The notes under the pieces: generated by a model | The model's database searches: none | What the model was told of the DNA's origin: nothing | The model's input: only the letters and a program-made list of their open reading frames with translations | In this document: in pieces, positions 38,681 through 52,300 of the stretch | How the letters are laid out: each line of letters opens with the position of its first letter | How positions within the stretch are numbered: position 1 is the first letter of the stretch | Translations under genes and position numbers: made by a program | Source: Octopus bimaculoides | Lineage: Eukaryota | Assembly: GCF_001194135.2 (NCBI RefSeq) | Contig: NC_068982.1 | Coordinates: 111,749,475 to 111,803,901 of the forward strand | Length of the DNA stretch: 54,427 bases | Direction of reading: 5' to 3'

Positions 38681-39988
38681 TAGATTAATTTATATGCATG
38701 GATTTTGTGAAGGATGGTGTAGACAAAATAATATGGTTTATTTGAGAAGATGGAGTTTTTCTTAAAATATCTAGAAATATAGTAAGGTGTAAAACAAATA
38801 AAAATGTCTGCTATTAAAAGTATTTCGTTATCGGTGTATATTAAAAGGTTTATAAATTTCATGTTTGAATGAAGAGAATTTTCTCGACTGTCTTTTTTCT
38901 TGGCAAAAGAATTTCGTTATTTCTGCAGTGCACGAGTTATGCTAATATAACTTATACGCCACATAAGTTATATAGCTTTTCTTATATTTCCATTTTATGA
39001 CTTAGGTCTCGAGATGATAATCCATTTTATATAATATTACTGATTTTCGTTTTTCAGCTTCTAAATGCAGATAATGAGGTGAATTTACATCTATTCGTAT
39101 TTCTGAATGTAAGCAGGTGTTGGGTACGCACACACGTTATATATATATATATATATATATNNNNNNNNNNNNNNNNNNNNNNNNNNNNNNNNNNNNNNNN
39201 NNNNNNNNNNNNNNNNNNNNNNNNNNNNNNNNNNNNNNNNNNNNNNNNNNNNNNNNNNNNNNNNNNNNNNNNNNNNNNNNNNNNNNNNNNNNNNNNNNNN
39301 NNNNNNNNNNNNNNNNNNNNNNNNNNNNNNNNNNNNNNNNNNNNNNNNNNNNNNNNNNNNNNNNNNNNNNNNNNNNNNNNNNNNNNNNNNNNNNNNNNNN
39401 NNNNNNNNNNNNNNNNNNNNNNNNNNNNNNNNNNNNNNNNNNNNNNNNNNNNNNNNNNNNNNNNNNNNNNNNNNNNNNNNNNNNNNNNNNNNNNNNNNNN
39501 NNNNNNNNNNNNNNNNNNNNNNNNNNNNNNNNNNNNNNNNNNNNNNNNNTATTGACATATAATTATAGATAGATACCACAAACACTATAAGTATTGATTA
39601 GGTCTGGTTTTGGCATCTTTTGTTTATGAAAGTGGTTTTAAGAATCACACGCTTTCTCACCGAACCAATACATGGTCTTTGATTCGCGACTACTAAGAAT
39701 TCATTGTCTTATAAAATGGCAAGTAAAGGAGGTTGAGAAAGATGAAGAGGAGGAGAAGAATGATGAAATGGAAAAAAAAAAAAAATTAAAAAAGGACAGA
39801 CCAAAAGAGAGTAGAAAAAATATAAGAAGAAAAGAATTCAGTAATAATTTTGATCAATTCTTTATTTTTGTACATCTGCTACAGAAAACTGTTTTCGGAA
39901 CTAAATTTGAAATACAATCAGACTCAATTTACTATCAATTGGAATAATTGTGTCGTGTTTAAATCGCTTAGAATATATAGTTTAGCAT

Positions 39989-40067
<79 letters not shown>

Positions 40068-40099
40068 TACATAATACAAAGATACATACATACATACAT

Positions 40100-40131
<32 letters not shown>

Positions 40132-40862
40132 TATGATTTTATAGGTAGTCATCAGGAGATCATTTTAAATAAGAAATTTGATAAGAATAAACTAGAATTT
40201 AAAGAAACCGAATCACTCTTCTCTATTTAGATATCTGATTTCATTCACCTTTTATTCTTTACTTTTGTTTTCATCATCTTTCCCTTCTTTGCTTTCAATT
40301 GATAATTTTGTTATATGTATCCGATATTATAAGCTTTTTTTTTCTCTCATCATCTCGCTTTCTTTTAATTGATCAGTTTCTTCTAGTTGCTTTCAATCAC
40401 GTTTTCACATTCCCCCCACCCGCTTTTTTTTTCTAGTCACATAATTACATTAGCAAAACCAGACAAAAAACAATAAGTATATAAAACAACAACAACAACA
40501 CTAACAACAATAATAAACATTTATACAATGACAAAAAACAATTAGAAAACAAAATTGGGAGGACAAAAAGAAGTTGCAAAATACTACTGTCCTATTGATT
40601 CACAAATTCGATAGAACATTTGGAACACTTAAAACCCAGACTATAAAATGTAACAACAACAATTTTTAAAGGCTGCTGTGTCGTTGTTGTTGTTGTTGTT
40701 GTTGCTACTGTTGTTTTATTGCTGAGGTTGTTGCTGTTGAAGTTGTTGTTGAGATTCTTCTTGTTGAGAGTTGGCCAACTCTTTTTAGGTTTGACCAAAG
40801 ACATAGAAATAGGCGATCAGCAAATCTTTCGATCGATATTTTAGACGTCGCTGTCCTGTCAC

Positions 40863-40888
40863 CTTTCTGCGGTTTTGGATTCTGTCAT
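40863..40888 (-). CDS. Candidate innexin first coding exon B (MTESKTAE-R)
   Basis: GCA-ATG at 40888, 26 nt (phase 2), donor AAG|GTGACA; gives MTESKTAERLDSVLG. Confidence 0.25.
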
Positions 40889-41089
40889 TGCTTAGCTCCA
40901 GATCAGGAGTGATTTTTACAATCATTGGTGCCATCCTTGATCGAATCATACATGGCCGTTACAATCACATTTTCCTGTAATTATTGTTATTGTTAGTGTT
41001 TAGCTCCAGGCTTGGTTTGATCCTGCTCTCAAAGACGTTTCAGCCACGACGAAACCATCTTTTATTATCGCCTCTAGCGAAAGCACATC

Positions 41090-41620
41090 CTTACGATAAC
41101 TTCGATCACATCCCGAATTCAGGGACCAGAAAACATTTCAGCCTTTAGTAGGTGCTGACACTTTACAAGGGTCAAATAAGGCTTACAGTGGAGTACTGCT
41201 TCTGCATTTGGGATGGTTCTATTACTACACACATCCTGAATCGCATCCAGTTAGTGATTGAAAGCAGTTAATCGAGTACACGAAGAGTTACTCGACTAAC
41301 TGGTTTCAATCCCCAATAGACACACTCCAGCTTCTGACCCACTCTTTTCTATCATGGTTATAATGGTCTCTATTCATCGTAGCTAACTAGTTTCGTACTC
41401 ATAACTTTCAGGCACTTTAATCTAACTCGTCTTTCCAGATTTTCTCATTCTTGATGTGTCCAACCCCGCCCAACTTCGCCTTAACCATTATGCCAAGTCC
41501 CTTCACCATAGAACACTAGCCCTCTAGAATCTTCTCCCTGTTCATGTCTTTTCTACAAGTGTCGACAGGCAACTGTTCAAACGGGATATTAATTCATCAA
41601 GTCTCCCAGTCACGGGCAGC
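41090..41620 (+). mobile_element. Decayed L2/CR1-type LINE, RT C-terminal portion
   Basis: LYKGQIRLTVEYCFCIWDG...LNRIQ from 41161, TLFYHGYNGLYSS*L, HYAKSLHHRTLAL*NLLPVHVF...QLFKRDIN. Confidence 0.85.
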
Positions 41621-41930
41621 CAAAAATAATGGACAATGTCTCTTTCTTCAGACTCAACGTTTAAAAACTAAGCATACACAAATAATCGGATGTTAGACAT
41701 CAGGAAAAACTTTGCAGCACAGCTCATGCCAGAAAGGAAAACCATCAAGATGAGAGAACATTTATGCAAACGCTATAAATTGAAGTCATGTCCTCCTGTC
41801 TTAAAAAGACAAAAACAAATAAAGACAGCAATCTAGACAATTTTGTCCGGGACCACTGATGATAAAGTTTATAATGACAGCAGTAACAAACCGCGTGTTT
41901 TAAGGTAGACTACGATATATACTTTGAGTA

Positions 41931-42080
41931 GGAGGCGCAATGGCCTAGTGGCTTTCATCCTTTCGGGGTCGATAAATTAAGTACCAGTTATGCACTGGGG
42001 TCAATGGAATCGATTTAATCCTTTTGTCTGTCCTTGTTTTCCCCCTCTATGTTTAGCCCCTTGTGGGCAATAAAAAAAAA
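41931..42080 (+). mobile_element. Internally deleted SINE (family 2-related)
   Basis: ggaggcgcaatggcctagtgg head fused to ctttcatcctttcggggtcgataaattaagtaccagt (shared with 52591-52815); A-rich tail. Confidence 0.75.
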
Positions 42081-42273
42081 AAAATAAAATAAAATAAGTA
42101 GCACTAAAAGAAAACCACTACTAAAGAAATTTTAATTCCCATACGTCACTGCCCTTGATACACTATACCAGAAAAAAACAGACGGGTTGTTCACGGATAG
42201 AATACCTTTCATCAAAAGGACGACAAAGACTACAACGACGACGACGACGACAACCGTCGCCGCCGCTACCACC

Positions 42274-42305
<32 letters not shown>

Positions 42306-42689
42306 CAGCAACAACAACAACAACAACAACAATAACGACTGGAGCTGTAGTAAAAAGAACATGCAATCGATATTTTCAGCATTTATTGGAATCAATAGAG
42401 TAAATAGAGAGATAAAAAGACTGATTGAATAAATAACCTTTTTTTATGAATAAAAATAAGAACAATGAATAATATAATAACCGAGTTTTGGCAGGGTTGA
42501 AGACAAGTTTACAATGATAAACCTCAAAGTCGTTGCTCAACCAGTCGAGGGGGTACGTAAATGTGTTAATAGCGAGACAGAGACCGACATCCCAGGTTAA
42601 ACCGGATTTAAGATGGTTATAACACACACACACACACACACACACATTCATACACACACGCGCGCGCACGCATGCCACCACTAGCTAAC

Positions 42690-42780
42690 GGAAGAGACCT
42701 CTATGTTGTTGCTAGCCCTTGTAGAAATATCGTGCTCCGATATGGCCGCAGTCGAATGATTGAAACAAGTAAAAGAGTGT
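42690..42780 (+). mobile_element. SINE family 1 3' fragment
   Basis: gtgctccgatatggccgcagtcgaatgattgaaacaagtaaaaga matches the tails at 1201-1255 and 53625-53670. Confidence 0.7.
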
Positions 42781-42864
42781 ATGTATGTAAGTATGTATGT
42801 ATATGAAATGTGAGTGAGTTTGTGTACATGTGTACTATGCGTGAATAAAAGACAAAATTCTCAC

Positions 42865-42884
42865 GACCAGAAGTTATCTGCCAT
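42865..42884 (-). CDS. Candidate innexin first coding exon C (MADNFW-S)
   Basis: GAT-ATG-G at 42884, 20 nt (phase 2), donor GTC|GTGAGA, GC-rich upstream sequence; gives MADNFWSLDSVLG. Confidence 0.35.
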
Positions 42885-43755
42885 ATCATGGCTGATCTGG
42901 AGCCGATCTGGCCGAGATGACAACAATAACGTTGTTTACTTAATTTCTGTATCTGCAATATTTTTTCTGCTGTAATCAATATTTTTTATTTCGATTTTTA
43001 AATGCAGCTTGTTAATGCTGTACTCTCCAATCTTTACACGTTTCTCTAAAAATTCATTCATTTAAAAAAAAATGTAGTCGATGAATGATTATCAATGATA
43101 TATATATATATATATATATATATAACTATTGCGATAGTAATGTATATTTCTAGAGTATGTGTAAAACAATTTTTCTATTGCATGATTGAAGATATCAATG
43201 ATCCTATTTCTCATAATTAGTGTAACACCAAATGAAATATCATAATCAGTTAATCATTTAATTAGCCATTGTCTAATGTTAACAGTAGAAAATAAGGAAG
43301 AAAAAAAAAATCAGAAAGAATTCTCCCCAAAATTTCTTTTATTTTTTTACCCTCGCATTTAATATTAGCTCCTCTTTGCTTAAATGTAGACAAATGACAA
43401 TGTTAGCTATCTTAACTGCATATATTCTCCACAAGAGTCATGCTACGACTTGGAAACATGGCTTCAAAGTAAAGAAAGCTTGATTTAAAAATCAGATATT
43501 CATAATTTATTTATCCGTTGCCCATGTTTATAATTGCCCAGTGAAAAGTCTTTATTTTATATACTATGCTGTCATAATTAGTCGCCTATATAATTAATAT
43601 GTAAGCTGATTTACTGTACTTAATTGTGTCGGGTGGTAATGTCATATCTAACCGACACGTTCCAAAAAGAAAAGAAAGAGAAAAAATAAAGAGAGAGAAA
43701 GAGAGAGAGAGAAAGAGAGAGAGAGAAAGAGAAGGAAAGAGTGATATGTATATAC

Positions 43756-43788
<33 letters not shown>

Positions 43789-44509
43789 TAGAGAGAGAGA
43801 GAGTAAAAAAACAACACAGACAAAAACGTAATAAATACAATAAAATATGCCAGCAAAGAACACCTACACTGATGTTTATAGAAACTTTAACTATCAGCGC
43901 CTATATAACTGTCAGAATATATGCTTCGAAAAGAAGGAGAAAATGGGGGATAAAAGGAAAGGGTGAAGAGCCAGTCTTCTCATTCATTAAAATATGGGTC
44001 GAAAGGTACTTGCATGCATGTGTNNNNNNNNNNNNNNNNNNNNNNNNNNNNNNNNNNNNNNNNNNNNNNNNNNNNNNNNNNNNNNNNNNNNNNNNNNNNN
44101 NNNNNNNNNNNNNNNNNNNNNNNNNNNNNNNNNNNNNNNNNNNNNNNNNNNNNNNNNNNNNNNNNNNNNNNNNNNNNNNNNNNNNNNNNNNNNNNNNNNN
44201 NNNNNNNNNNNNNNNNNNNNNNNNNNNNNNNNNTATATATACATATATATATATCAAGATAAAAAGTTATTCGGCATTCAAGATCACGCTTAGAGTTAAC
44301 GATATACGTCACCACATCGCATAAATATGCAGAATCACAAGGAAACAAACATCATAATGCATTTGATAACGCATTATACTACCATTTATAAACTTACATA
44401 AATGTATCATAATATACGCTTATACATACATACAACCACATATATATGTATTTATATCTGCATCTATCTGTCTGCCTGTTTGTCCCCCTGTCTGTCTATC
44501 TATCTATCG

Positions 44510-44570
<61 letters not shown>

Positions 44571-47500
44571 ATATAGGCAAAAATAAGCACAAATGCACAC
44601 ACACATGCGCACACACATTTATTATATTTGCTCATACACATGCACGCATTTTTTATACTGCGAACACATACATATTTATATGCATAGAGGTGTATGAAAG
44701 CGAGTGTGAATAAAAGCCTGAAAGTCTGAAGCATTTATGTTTATATATAGTGATCTAACAAGAAACCATGACTGTGCAAATATAATTACTAAAGCAAGAA
44801 CTTAAAAATACACTGTGATATCAAGAAGAGAAATAATTGATTTCTTTCATTGATACAACTCTATAAAACATTGCAATTTTCTTGAATTCTCTAAAATAGA
44901 TATGCCATCCATTAGAGAGAAAACATCAACAGCACGAGTTTTCCTTTCCAACCTTATTCGAACAGTCCTAAAATCAATGAACTTTTAAATACTAAAGCTT
45001 CAGTAATATATATCGGCTTTATAATTCTTTTTAAAAGATAAGACCGTATGTTTTTCAAGAAAGCAGTAATATAAGATTATGAGTGACATTTGACATTATG
45101 ATCAGTTGGTGAGTGTAAAAACGACACGCTGCCAGAATCTGGCATTATTTACTCAAGTAAAGTAAATCAGTCGCCTTCTCCCCACGAACTCAATCCATCA
45201 TACCCTTTCCTGCAAATGATGTACAGTTAAAGCTTGGTAAAGATTTTCTCTTTGGAATACCACAGAAGAATTTCACTGCATGTGGTATCCTAATAGAAAT
45301 TGTAGTACTTGGGCTTATTATGTGAACTATACTTCCTCGTGGGTACACTCTTCTTCCCTTTATCATGCTGTAGCTACATCTATCATACTATACTTCCGAA
45401 CGTCTTATTGAGTCCCATATCATAGTGTAGCTCCCTATGTCATATAAATTCCCAGGCTGTGTAGCTTTCCATATAGTGCAGTTCATTATATACATCTCGC
45501 CGTGTTACACTGTAGCTCTGCATCGTAGCTCCCTGTGAATCCAGGAAAAAACGTGAGAGTCGTTATTTTTAACACTAAACAGCTCAGTTTTCTAGTTATG
45601 GAATTATATTCAACAACTTGGAGAATAATCTCATTTATAAATTTATACAGTTCGATGTAATAAAGTTATATTCGACTATAATAAAAACATTTTTCTTGAA
45701 CAAATTTAGATTTTAGAATATCTCAAGTCTGACATTATTAATATTATCCAAGCAAGGAAAGCTCTGTTATTTTACACTAATTGTTTTGGGCTAATTGTAT
45801 TGGCCAACCATTGTTTGGCACATGCAATTTTACGATGGGGATGATTATTATGAATTGAGAGGATTGTACCTCTTCTGAAAGAATTCTGTTTTCCTATTTA
45901 CCGTGATGATGAACCGATAGTTTTTGAGTTACGAATGGTCAAGCAAAGAAAGAAGTTCATTTGCATAATCAAAAAGATTTAAAGATCCCAGTAGATATGA
46001 ATTTAGGAAGAGTTAATTTCTTAAATATAATTTTAGATTTAGATACTGGGAAATATCGCTTGCATACTAACTCTAACGAGACATTAAAACCATCCTGCAC
46101 TTATGGCTAAAAACTTAATGAATAATATTAGTGAACGCATATCCAGCTTATTCTTTGATGGAAAATCATTTAACCATGCTGCTTACAAAGGCATTAAAAA
46201 TAGTGGTTTCCAAGCTAGAATACACTATATGTACGAACATTAAAAAAGATAGATGTTGCGAAAATAGGAAATGAAATATTTTATGGTATAAACCTAATTC
46301 AAATGTTCGTTTCAATGATATCGAGATTTTCCTAAACCTTATATATAAACATTTCCATGTTGACCATAGATATAATAAGATATTTAATAGAAATAGACTT
46401 AAAGTGAGTTACGGTATCATCAACAACACTGCCAGCGGAAGAAAACGTGCCGGTATGAAAATTCAAAACTTCTTTCTATGTTATTTCATTTACGCTTTTA
46501 TCTACCCTCTGAAGAGCATGTGTCTTTCTAAAGCATTGGCTCATGGAGTTAAGGTTTGACTTGCATACAAAAAAGTTACACAAGTCTTACTAAAACCACT
46601 CTAAAACTGATTGTCTCATTCTCTGACATTGTGAAAGATATTTTGCATCTCAGTCTCCAAATATACATTTATATACATGCATATATAAATGTATATAAAG
46701 ATGTATGCGTAATTGAGTATAAATATTATGAAAGTCTAAAAATTAAAAAGCATCTGACGATCGTTTCACGGATATTATTTCCTCCACAATGTAATCGATA
46801 TAGATAAGCATACTGGCAATAATTCCGCTCTTCAGAGATGAATACGTGTTAAAAACGAATGGTATATATAAGATGATATTAATTAAAATATTAAAAAATA
46901 TTAAGAATATTAGAAATATTAAAATGTATACTGTCCTTTAAGAGTTTGTAAAAGTAATCCGTCCTATAATTTGGAAATTTCATATTTTTCATTTGTAGAA
47001 ATTTTAANNNNNNNNNNTATATATATATATATATATATGGGAGAATGTACGAAAAAAAACAACAGACGAGGACAAGTGGTGTAAACAACAAAAGGATGTA
47101 TTAGTTTGACGCTCGGGAATATATATATATTTATATGTACATATATATAGAAGTGTGTGTATGTGTGCGCGCATTCATTCATAAGTATTTACTTATATAC
47201 AATTTAGTTTCTTTGTTTCAATAGGAGAAATGAATACAGGGATGAGGAAGTAAGTATACGATTGACAGACACAAGTCATTAACTGTCGTCATTGCCAATT
47301 GTGGTATTGTAGTGTCGCTATTTAGTCAGTTTATCTTCTCGAAGCATACTTTTTCTATTATTTGCTCCACTGACATTTAATAAAATCAGGAATACAATGA
47401 TGTATATTCACTGAAGGCTACTCTTATGTAGCATTAGTTAAAGTAAATATTAAAATAATACTATTTATTTAATACGTAGAATGTGATTTTTATAATCGTG

Positions 47501-48037
47501 TTGAACGCGTCATACTCAAAATGTTTTATTTATTTACTTGCTGTTGGATATCGTTAATTTCTATACTGATGTTCACCTAAAATGGCGTCAAAGTACAATT
47601 TTGATAACGTCAAATCAAGGGTTTATTAAAATGGCGCTAAGCGCAAACATTATGGCAAAGTGCATTTCACCACTCATTCTCTCTGTTTCTCTTTGTTTTT
47701 CTCTCTCTTTCTGCTCCTTCCTCTCTCTCTCTCTCTCAATCTGTCTCTCTGGCTTAAAGTTGACGCCCATCAACAGATTAATTCAATTTCTCAGATGGTT
47801 TAACGAAATCTGTTTTCTCTCATATGAAAGATTAGTTGTTTTGTATTTTTACTTGTTTACACATAATGGCTGTATTGATTAATCACAGATAAATGAATGA
47901 AATGAACATAGGAAAGCACAAAATAAGTTTTTATGAAAACGATGTATTCAGTCCTATGTTAGATATAATAAAACAATAAATTGAACTTTATAGGTCTCCA
48001 AAGTTTTGATTTGTTTTGTGTTTAGAAATGTTTCAGT

Positions 48038-48094
<57 letters not shown>

Positions 48095-48410
48095 NNNNNN
48101 NNNNNNNNNNNNNNNNNNNNNNNNNNNNNNNNNNNNNNNNNNNNNNNNNNNNNNNNNNNNNNNNNNNNNNNNNNNNNNNNNNNNNNNNNNNNNNNNNNNN
48201 NNNNNNNNNNNNNNNNNNNNNNNNNNNNNNNNNNNNNNNNNNNNNNNNNNNNNNNNNNNNNNNNNNNNNNNNNNNNNNNNNNNNNNNNNNNNNNNNNNNN
48301 NNNNNNNNNNNNNNNNNNNNNNNNNNNNNNNNNNNNNNNNNNNNNNNNNNNNNNNNNNNNNNNNNNNNNNNNNNNNNNNNNNNNNNNNNNNNNNNNNNNN
48401 NNNNNNNNNN

Positions 48411-48463
<53 letters not shown>

Positions 48464-49091
48464 CGTATGTATGTATGTGCATGCGTATACGCTTTTCTGT
48501 GTGTATATCTATCTATCTATTTGCATACCATTTTTTGCAAATATAAACGGTACAAAGTGTTTAGGCAATATTTATATAGATTGCATTTGTAGAAACAAAT
48601 ATTATATACAGACTATGTTAGTTTTATTCCGGGAGCTATTACAGAAAAACTCATTAATAGTTTTTAGATCATTAGACTGTATTTTTTAATCGAAAGTTTC
48701 CAGAATTTATAAGAAGCAAGTATATTCATTCTTAGGCTATTGCCGTGTATTAAGAAGTGAATCTTTAGATATTACACATAAAAGGCTTCGGAAAGAAACA
48801 CTTCGCTTAGAAATACTCTACTGAATATTTGCTAAGCACTTTGTACTGTATAGTTTTATTAGAAGGTGGTAAAGAGTTAAATTACTGGAATGTTTAATTT
48901 ACGATAGAATCAGTGACTGTAGGAACTGTAAAACATGAGGATTGTAGCTTTGTAAGGAATGATGATGGATCAATCTCATAAAAGTTCTATAACAATAAAC
49001 AAAACTTAGTTTCCAAATCGTGATTGAAAAAATATGAAATATGATTTTTGTAATTATTCTGCAACAATCGATGCAATAAAAGAAAACATAC

Positions 49092-49225
49092 CCCTTTTTA
49101 GCATCCCCTTCAGGTGAGGGCAATTTTAAATTGAGTTCCTTTAATGACTTCAGTGCCGACAAATTTGGCCATTCTGTCTTTTTCTTTAGAGCACTTTGCT
49201 GCCCGTTTGGTATCAAAGAATTCAT
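49092..49225 (-). CDS. Candidate innexin first coding exon D (44-aa N-terminal extension)
   Basis: ATG at 49225, 134 nt (phase 2), donor AGG|GTATGT; MNSLIPNGQQSALKKKTEWPNLSALKSLKELNLKLPSPEGDAKK-G. The ORF turns intron-like in composition right after the donor. Confidence 0.3.
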
Positions 49226-50424
49226 TCGGCCTTTCCATAACTATACCCTAGAAGTAAGGGTTTGACACTAGACCTTCCTTGAAATATCTATTTGTTGCAT
49301 AGTCAATGTCAGAACGTCAGTTGACAGTCAGAATTTTATCGGGACATGTCTAATGCATATACAACCCACAGTTAAGGTGCAGGATGTGTTGGTTGTATTC
49401 CGAATGGTCTGTTATTCCTCTTTTTGGTTATAAAATTTCTCTTTCCTCTTTGTGACATTTCATTTAATTTTCTTATTTTCCTGCCCATTTTTTCTGTCCT
49501 TATTTTGTATTTAACTCAGGTACAAATGCAAATAATTTAACATTAAAAACGAGAGAAAAAAAAAAAAAGAAAATACTTCGACACTAGTGAGCTAACCATA
49601 GATATGAACGGAAATGACGCTGGTTTTTCAGGAGCATAAGCTACTTGGTTCAATAAGATAGCCAATCATTATTGAAATAATTAAAGATTAGTGAAATGTA
49701 CTTTCAGCTGTAATTAGACTAGCACAGGGCTTCAGCTTGAGACTTAGCGTCACATCATTTCATTCTCTGATCCTCAACCGCATAAATCCAATTGCTTTAC
49801 TGTCTGACATTCTGAAACAAAGCTCATCAAGTCACTGTTTACTCATATGAATGCCCAGACAAAATGTATCGTGACACACACACANNNNNNNNNNNNNNNN
49901 NNNNNNNNNNNNNNNNNNNNNNNNNNNNNNNNNNNNNNNNNNNNNNNNNNNNNNNNNNNNNNNNNNNNNNNNNNNNNNNNNNNNNNNNNNNNNNNNNNNN
50001 NNNNNNNNNNNNNNNNNNNNNNNNNNNNNNNNNNNNNNNNNNNNNNNNNNNNNNNNNNNNNNNNNNNNNNNNNNNNNNNNNNNNNNNNNNNNNNNNNNNN
50101 NNNNNNNNNNNNNNNNNNNNNNNNNNNNNNNNNNNNNNNNNNNNNNNNNNNNNNNNNNNNNNNNNNNNNNNNNNNNNNNNNNNNNNNNNNNNNNNNNNNN
50201 NNNNNNNNNNNNNNNNNNNNNNNNNNNNNNNNNNNNNNNNNNNNNNNNNNNNNNNNNNNNNNNNNNNNNNNNNNNNNNNNNNNNNNNNNNNNNNNNNNNN
50301 NNNNNNNNNNNNNNNNNNNNNNNNNNNNNNNNNNNNNNNNNNNNNNNNNNNNNNNNNNNNNNNNNNNNNNNNNNNNNNNNNNNNNNNNNNNNNNNNNNNN
50401 NNNNNNNNNNNNNNNNNNNNNNNN

Positions 50425-50496
<72 letters not shown>

Positions 50497-50795
50497 GCCT
50501 GATGTTCACATGCATATGATTTAGTTGTATATACATATATACAAATATATGCCCTCTCTCTATCTCTCTCTTTTCCTCTTTCTCTCTCTCTCATGCAAAC
50601 ACACACACATGCACACACACACGCATACATATATATATATGCCTGATGTTCACATACATATGATTTAGTTGTACATATATATATATACAAATATATGCCC
50701 TGTCTCTATCTCTCTTTCTCATTTCCTCTTTCTTTTCCTCTTTCTCACTCTCTCTCATGCAAACACACACACACACGCATACATATATATACATG
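50497..50795. repeat. About 145-bp tandem duplication of a low-complexity unit
   Basis: gcctgatgttcacat.catatgatttagttgta...caaatatatgccct...ctctctcatgcaaacacac occurs at 50497 and 50641. Confidence 0.85.
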
Positions 50796-51561
50796 CAGTT
50801 CGTAAATAATCCGTTAATCAATATATTTATACTAATATATAGTTTTTGAGTTACGTTCTGCATCGAACAGCGGGGGGTTACTAAAAAGAAGAAAACAAGC
50901 AACCTTTCTTTTGTCCCAGATTAATGACTTTTTAAACAGGCACGAATTTTTAGTTTTTGATATGATATTGAGTTTATTGAGTTTTGAGAAATCTTGCCAG
51001 TTATGGCAGTTTTCATTATGTTGCATACACGGACACACACGCACTCCTCTCTGTTTCTGCTTCTCTCCGTTTCAGCCTCTCTGTGTTTCAGCCTCTCTCT
51101 CTCTGTCACCTCACCAAACAGATACTAGCTACAAACGATATTTTCTCCTTATAAAATCCAACAATCTAAAAGTTCTTTCTTCCGTGCCCTAAATTTTTCC
51201 TTGCAAGCTTTGATTTATGTTTAAGTTTGATACCAATCGCATCAATGCTACCATCTGGAAGATTCTGCAAAAGCTATGAGTGCTGTCTGATCTCCAGTCA
51301 CTAACTGTTAAAGAACACTTGCAGTACAAACAAACATGAATCTATTCAGTATATTATATGCGAAGAGATCCAACGCAACTTAGTTGCATACTCCGAGTTT
51401 TTGTGCTGGAAGTGGTATTCAGATAAAGTAGCTACTTCATAAATGCCCAAGATATCTATATTGAGTACATTAACACGAGAGTAAGTTCAATAAAAAGTAC
51501 TCTTTACGAAAAGACGCTCAAGAACCTCAGAAAAGGGTGATACATTTAAGTTTTATTGTGT

Positions 51562-51600
<39 letters not shown>

Positions 51601-52062
51601 NNNNNNNNNNNNNNNNNNNNNNNNNNNNNNNNNNNNNNNNNNNNNNNNNNNNNNNNNNNNNNNNNNNNNNNNNNNNNNNNNNNNNNNNNNNNNNNNNNNN
51701 NNNNNNNNNNNNNNNNNNNNNNNNNNNNNNNNNNNNNNNNNNNNNNNNNNNNNNNNNNNNNNNNNNNNNNNNNNNNNNNNNNNNNNNNNNNNNNNNNNNN
51801 NNNNNNNNNNNNNNNNNNNNNNNNNNNNNNNNNNNNNNNNNNNNNNNNNNNNNNNNNNNNNNNNNNNNNNNNNNNNNNNNNNNNNNNNNNNNNNNNNNNN
51901 NNNNNNNNNNNNNNNNNNNNNNNNNNNNNNNNNNNNNNNNNNNNNNNNNNNNNNNNNNNNNNNNNNNNNNNNNNNNNNNNNNNNNNNNNNNNNNNNNNNN
52001 NNNNNNNNNNNNNNNNNNNNNNNNNNNNNNNNNNNNNNNNNNNNNNNNNNNNNNNNNNNNNN

Positions 52063-52149
52063 CATACATAATAAAAATATACATATACTCATATTTTTAG
52101 TTCTATTTTTCCTGTTTGCATCAACATGCCTACACACGCACATATATAT
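52063..52149. repeat. 87-bp exact direct repeat (second copy 53849-53935)
   Basis: Identical sequence catacataataaaaatat...cacgcacatatatat; the first copy starts at a gap edge. Confidence 0.9.
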
Positions 52150-52300
52150 ATCATTTAAATTTATGGGAAACGTTTTGAATATGCAAATAAAACTCCTATT
52201 CTATTATGCCGGCCTCAGTCTAATGATACTGACTGGTGAACCAGTTTTTCGGGGTTGCGTCGGGCTGAACCGATAAATTTAATAATATTAGCAATAATCA

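Noticed and set aside
39661-39673. ACC-ATG TAT TGG TTC G|GTGAGA mini-exon upstream of the innexin
   Set aside because: Good Kozak and donor, but 13 nt (phase 1), out of frame with the phase-2 acceptor; at most a non-productive isoform.
40592-40804. 70-aa ORF MSLVKPKK... and an FADRLFL 'RT-like' string in another frame
   Set aside because: Low-complexity (AAC)n content; the motif lacks the YADD second Asp and flanking RT motifs.
42480-42600. KLVFNPAKTRLL, similar to a LINE RT motif on the minus strand
   Set aside because: Single short motif without supporting flanks.
44398-46420. Further phase-2 donors: split-ATG AT|GTAAGT (44399-44398), ATG TG|GTGACG (44317-44313), ATG ATA CC|GTAACT (46420-46413)
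   Set aside because: Too short or weak to separate from chance in AT-rich DNA; not excluded, but unsupported.
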